From contig DAOVAI010000001.1 of assembly GCA_030671085.1 (NCBI GenBank), positions 3,633 through 67,632 on the forward strand: a stretch of DNA of 64,000 nucleotides, given 5' to 3'. Positions 61,101 through 64,000 of the stretch are shown here, piece after piece (positions within the stretch are counted from its first letter, which is position 1; each line of letters starts with the position of its first letter). A program made the translations under genes and the position numbers. The notes beneath the pieces are model-generated. The model was not told where the DNA came from, did no database searches, and was given only the letters and a program-made list of their open reading frames with translations. The DNA is from Pseudomonadota bacterium. GTDB lineage: Bacteria > Desulfobacterota > Desulfobulbia > Desulfobulbales > Desulfocapsaceae.

Positions 61101-62260
61101 TGGCTAGAGAGGTATCTGTTCGCAAGGAAATGCGTGATGGAAATTATTACCAGGCGATGAAGGAGTATCAGAACTTTCTAAAAAAGGATCTCTCCACAGA
61201 AAGCCTTTTTGATTTGGCAGGAGTTTACTCCAGACTTGGATTTCTTGGTAAAGAGGCTGCCCTCTATGAAATCATAAAAGAGGAAAGCCCAGGGTATCCT
61301 GATCTTGATGAGGCCCTTCAGCGCAACAGTATGAAACGGGAGCCAAGGGTTACCCTTCTCTCCGCTTGGATGGAAAAGGACGGTAGGGAAGGCTATTGGG
61401 ACAACAGGCAGCTGGCTGGAGGTGTGCAGGGATGGTTTATGCCTTCACTGCAGCATGAGATCCTCTTGGACGGGCGTCGAATTTATAATAGTTCCGAGGA
61501 GACTGAACAGGAACTCTGGAGAAATCGACTGCAAGCCAGTATGAAATGGAGCCCTGTCTATGATCTCGATATCCTGCTGGGAATAGGGGGGGACAGGGCA
61601 GATGGTAATTCTGGCAGCACCATTCCTCTTTATAGCATGCAGATGAAGGGAAGGGTAGGAGACATGGTGCAGGCGACCCTTGGCCTTGCCCAAGATGTTG
61701 TTGACGACACCGTTGAATCGCTCCAGGAGCAGATCCGCAGAAAAGAATATGAGGCCGGTGTTACTCTGGATTTCCTGCCTCGCCTGTTTGGCGGCGGGGG
61801 GTATCTGTTTACCGAATATTCTGATGGGAACCACCAGAACAGATATGATTTCTGGACCTCCTATATCCTGCATAGTGAACCAAGTTTGCTGCAGCTCAGA
61901 TATGGATACGAATTCTCTCATAATTCTGATGAGAACCTTGGCATGGATTATTCCTATGAGTATGGTTTTGCTCCTGGGGATCATCCTTACTGGAGTCCCA
62001 AAGAGTACTGGCAACATCTCTTTACCATCTCCTTTGAGCATCAATTGGCAGAAGATGTCCTTGGCCGGGGTGCACCAAGTTACTATTCCTTGGAATATTC
62101 GTTAGGCTATGAATATGGTGGTTATGACTTTCATCAGGTAAAGGCCAAGATTTTCCTTGAAATGAGTCGCCATTTTTTATTAAATGGGACTTTGGATTTT
62201 ATTAATGGAGACCAGCAGAGACAAGAGAATCTCTGGCTGTCTTTAATCTATCGCTGGTGA
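58190..62260 (+). CDS. Large exported TPR protein with probable C-terminal beta-barrel
   Basis: Signal peptide; many TPR-like helical repeats; C-terminal ~300 aa rich in alternating aromatic/Gly residues (YSDGN, YWSP), ending in YRW. Start codon uncertain. Confidence 0.75.
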   Translation: MLQFMHLHASFSTPLKIGAFAILKSRDLVFFVLLLLPSLVSAENSVVPPEIAPDHEIVLKGVQEQPTWMVLWERARDQARLSEYDKAAANYDKLLQEKPQIEEALREYVLVLMHLERWAEATYVLYKLLEIDSLSPEYQLYAGRLALKQQRYEQASVFFGYVYTLSPDGPDSIEALKGLVYAMQQQERKDLAYPLMEQLYLRVPHEEKFIRQLAQYSLLLGHSKKGRDFYRILFNEFEGKSQDFFAASSLFEETEDLEMAVRCWRGYLESHSYYLPFHKKLSQYYLTHGQERSALPHLLVRLARKEGNPELLLQIGQIYLYLEDRPDKALYYYEEYRQKRPQDSEVVREIKRIQAVLANDLLVIVENEGAWPLWRDLARITPNRLAIYSSMVVQLEEMGKEKELLEVLEIINTHDPEDQDVLFKLAHLYFANGNLAASAAALDSLKEEARSGKEYFFLRAGIEEGKGALSQALTQYKRYLRENPQDYTILLKCLHLSGELGLIEELEYFYHLLPGNEVNKAVTQEGSISYGQALLLNGLTSTARLFNRKLLEQQELDSVALQAVEEDIVQTLLLEEKTFEAEQEIMILLLRKKGGTFLVTQLIHTALLNQDWDRAWKWYEFLVLESDSSERDCDSDTFLLFNEKMSILQKSGQLEVAIEMVEDFLQDSASRCSEEKGKWLDLRARLAELYSINSEYSKAETLIKTIAASSPEIFEMQVLQEAIRGKIAKDNSRGHLLEFLASATDGSMSSLMDTALLLKRYGDNQGALFLLEKYLEEVPNSLRARWAKAQLFAATGDDFAALSLFQELSQDFPSEGSFQQNIYQLQFKLAKFQELTQELAPQWKVQQRGTAPLVEHSIPSAIQSMEIRKQLLLARTFWAERRWDESLLIYESLLQPPVEQLFSERIAREEVELTLPPQERTFWNVITFTTPPEPERLTVVMSPEFIRENLEKPVAWIAAELYASYRWQQAVAREVSVRKEMRDGNYYQAMKEYQNFLKKDLSTESLFDLAGVYSRLGFLGKEAALYEIIKEESPGYPDLDEALQRNSMKREPRVTLLSAWMEKDGREGYWDNRQLAGGVQGWFMPSLQHEILLDGRRIYNSSEETEQELWRNRLQASMKWSPVYDLDILLGIGGDRADGNSGSTIPLYSMQMKGRVGDMVQATLGLAQDVVDDTVESLQEQIRRKEYEAGVTLDFLPRLFGGGGYLFTEYSDGNHQNRYDFWTSYILHSEPSLLQLRYGYEFSHNSDENLGMDYSYEYGFAPGDHPYWSPKEYWQHLFTISFEHQLAEDVLGRGAPSYYSLEYSLGYEYGGYDFHQVKAKIFLEMSRHFLLNGTLDFINGDQQRQENLWLSLIYRW

Positions 62261-62330
62261 TAACTAATTCCTGCAGGGTGATTTTGTTAGAGAATCATTT
62301 TACAGGTTTTTTGTTTTTTGGAGGAAGTTG

Positions 62331-62816
62331 ATGGTAGAGCGTATACCAATGTCAAAGAGAGGACATCTGAAACTCAAGGACGAGTTGTACCGTCTTGAGC
62401 GTGTTGAAAGGCATGAAGTTGTCAAGGCCATTGAAATTGCAAGAGAGCATGGTGACTTAAAAGAAAATGCTGAATACCATGCGGCAAAAGATCGTCAGGG
62501 CCATATCGAAGGACGTATTCTGGAATTGAAGGATAAGCTGGGCAGGGCAGAGGTCATTGACTGCGTAAAAGTGAATTGCCAGCGGGCTGTATTTGGCACA
62601 GTGGTCAACCTTCTCGATATGGATAGTGATGAAGAAGTCAGCTATCAGCTGCTTGGGCCTGAGGAATCCGATGTCAAAAGGGGTTCGATTTCCGTACTTT
62701 CTCCCCTGGGGAGGTCTCTTCTGGGAAAAGAGGTGGGTGATGAGGTGCTGGCTAAGACACCCGGGGGAACACGGGAGTTTGAAGTCATGGATATCTCCCC
62801 GTCGGAGTTCAGCTAA
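62331..62816 (+). CDS. greA: Transcription elongation factor GreA
   Basis: AREHGDLKENAEYHAAK, ISVLSPLGRSLLGK. Confidence 0.96.
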   Translation: MVERIPMSKRGHLKLKDELYRLERVERHEVVKAIEIAREHGDLKENAEYHAAKDRQGHIEGRILELKDKLGRAEVIDCVKVNCQRAVFGTVVNLLDMDSDEEVSYQLLGPEESDVKRGSISVLSPLGRSLLGKEVGDEVLAKTPGGTREFEVMDISPSEFS

Positions 62817-62819
62817 CTA

Positions 62820-62960
62820 GTGCCTGTCCATAAATGGCCTTTTTCTCCTAACTCTTCGTTGCTCTCAAAATTTAATCCGCGGAATATCACATATATGCCT
62901 GCGGTTAAATTCATCGAGCGCCTCGATTTAGAAGAAAAAATCTCATTTATGGACAGACAC
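62820..62960. mobile_element. 141-bp MITE-like element, copy 2
   Basis: GTGCCTGTCCATAAATG...CATTTATGGACAGACAC; flanks TAACTA / AAACTA. Confidence 0.85.
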
Positions 62961-63015
62961 AAACTAAGTCTATGGGAAGGAGAGGGCTGGAAAGTCGCTC
63001 TTCTTTCTGTATCTT

Positions 63016-63618
63016 TTATTTTTGGGAAGGTAGGTCGGGTTCCAGCATACCGGAGAGGAAGATGTCAAGGACCTGGCTGATGGTTTCCTCCACAGTATAC
63101 TCTGTTTCCAGGGAGAGGGTCCAGACTCTGGAGATTTCATCAAGTGCTCCAAAAAAAGCACGTTTTGCGATACCGGGGCGAATGGAGGCTCGATAAATTC
63201 CCTGTTCCTGGCCGAGTTTGATGATTGTTGAAATAATATCCACATATTCACTGAATTTATAATTTCGATACTCTTTGATGAGTTTGGCACTTTGTCTGAG
63301 TTCGATCTGAATGACTTCAGCCAGGTTCTTATTTTTTTTCATTACGGTCAAATGCTTTGTTGCAAAGATCTCAAGCATCTTCCTGGGGTCTTCTTCGGCT
63401 GCCAGGAGTTTTTTGACCTGTTCGATCAGGTTGCCGATTTCTTCCTCAAAGACTGAAATGAGGATATCAAACTTATTATTGAAGTATAGATAGATTGTTC
63501 CGTCTGCCACCTTGGCTTCTTTGGCAATATCGGATATCCTGGCGTTGAAAAATCCTTTTTTGGCAAAGACTTTTGTCGCCGCATGGATGATTTTTGAATG
63601 TTTGTTCGCAGCTTTCAT
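63016..63618 (-). CDS. TetR-family regulator, FadR/YsiA-like
   Basis: IAKEAKVADGTIYLYFNNK HTH; LAEVIQIELRQS; FFGALDE. Confidence 0.92.
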   Translation of the reverse strand: MKAANKHSKIIHAATKVFAKKGFFNARISDIAKEAKVADGTIYLYFNNKFDILISVFEEEIGNLIEQVKKLLAAEEDPRKMLEIFATKHLTVMKKNKNLAEVIQIELRQSAKLIKEYRNYKFSEYVDIISTIIKLGQEQGIYRASIRPGIAKRAFFGALDEISRVWTLSLETEYTVEETISQVLDIFLSGMLEPDLPSQK

Positions 63619-63669
63619 GAGAAATAATTTTGTCAATGGCAACTGACATTGGCGATAAGAGAATCAGGC

Positions 63670-63695
63670 AATGAATGAATGGTTATTCATTCATT
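63670..63695. promoter_or_regulatory. Palindromic TetR/FadR-type operator
   Basis: AATGAATGAAT-GGTT-ATTCATTCATT, overlapping the -10 region of a minus-strand TTGACA promoter (63720-63715). Confidence 0.75.
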
Positions 63696-63843
63696 TAAGC
63701 AATATTCGCCGAATTGTCAATGTTTTGTCTCGGCAACTTGTGATTTATTTATTTTTGCTTATCAGGCAACATCCCGAAACCATTTGTGAAGACATAGGGA
63801 CTCGTGAATATGGGGAACCTTCACACCTTTTCGGATTGCTTGA

Positions 63844-64000
<157 letters not shown>

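Noticed and set aside
62820-63080. 86-aa ORF
   Set aside because: Starts within the MITE and overlaps the TetR gene antisense.

Overview
Bacterial chromosomal window, most consistent with a Desulfobacterota (Desulfocapsaceae/Desulfobulbales-like) genome; the taxon is inferred from gene content. 1-7.8 kb: PAS/REC hybrid histidine kinases, a decayed response regulator and REP/MITE-like elements next to tRNA-Leu. 8-18 kb: housekeeping genes (ybeY-pdxJ fusion, phoH, a DsbA-like gene split by an in-frame UGA with a SECIS-like hairpin, tig-clpP-clpX-lon, 4 tRNAs in the window). 18.9-47.9 kb: the main candidate system, a two-armed divergent locus. Each arm carries a sensor kinase, a REC-PAS-sigma54 activator, an FtsH-family protease, a degenerate kinase-like membrane protein, sigma54-driven arrays of ~65-75 aa membrane peptides (8 paralogs sharing a mid-helix Trp, 7 with G-x-W-[AG]-x-x-C, one fused to an HmcD-like segment), and multiheme cytochrome + NrfC/NrfD-type quinone modules lacking a catalytic subunit. 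The left arm also has an intact but catalytically altered IS1595-family transposase gene under its own sigma54 promoter. 48-64 kb: pentapeptide-repeat protein, slyD-like PPIase, hisI, hisG, engB, lepA, rpoH-like sigma, DegT aminotransferase, TPR/beta-barrel protein, greA, a FadR-like TetR, the start of purD, and two copies of a 141-bp MITE. All calls are from motif reading only; no searches were run.
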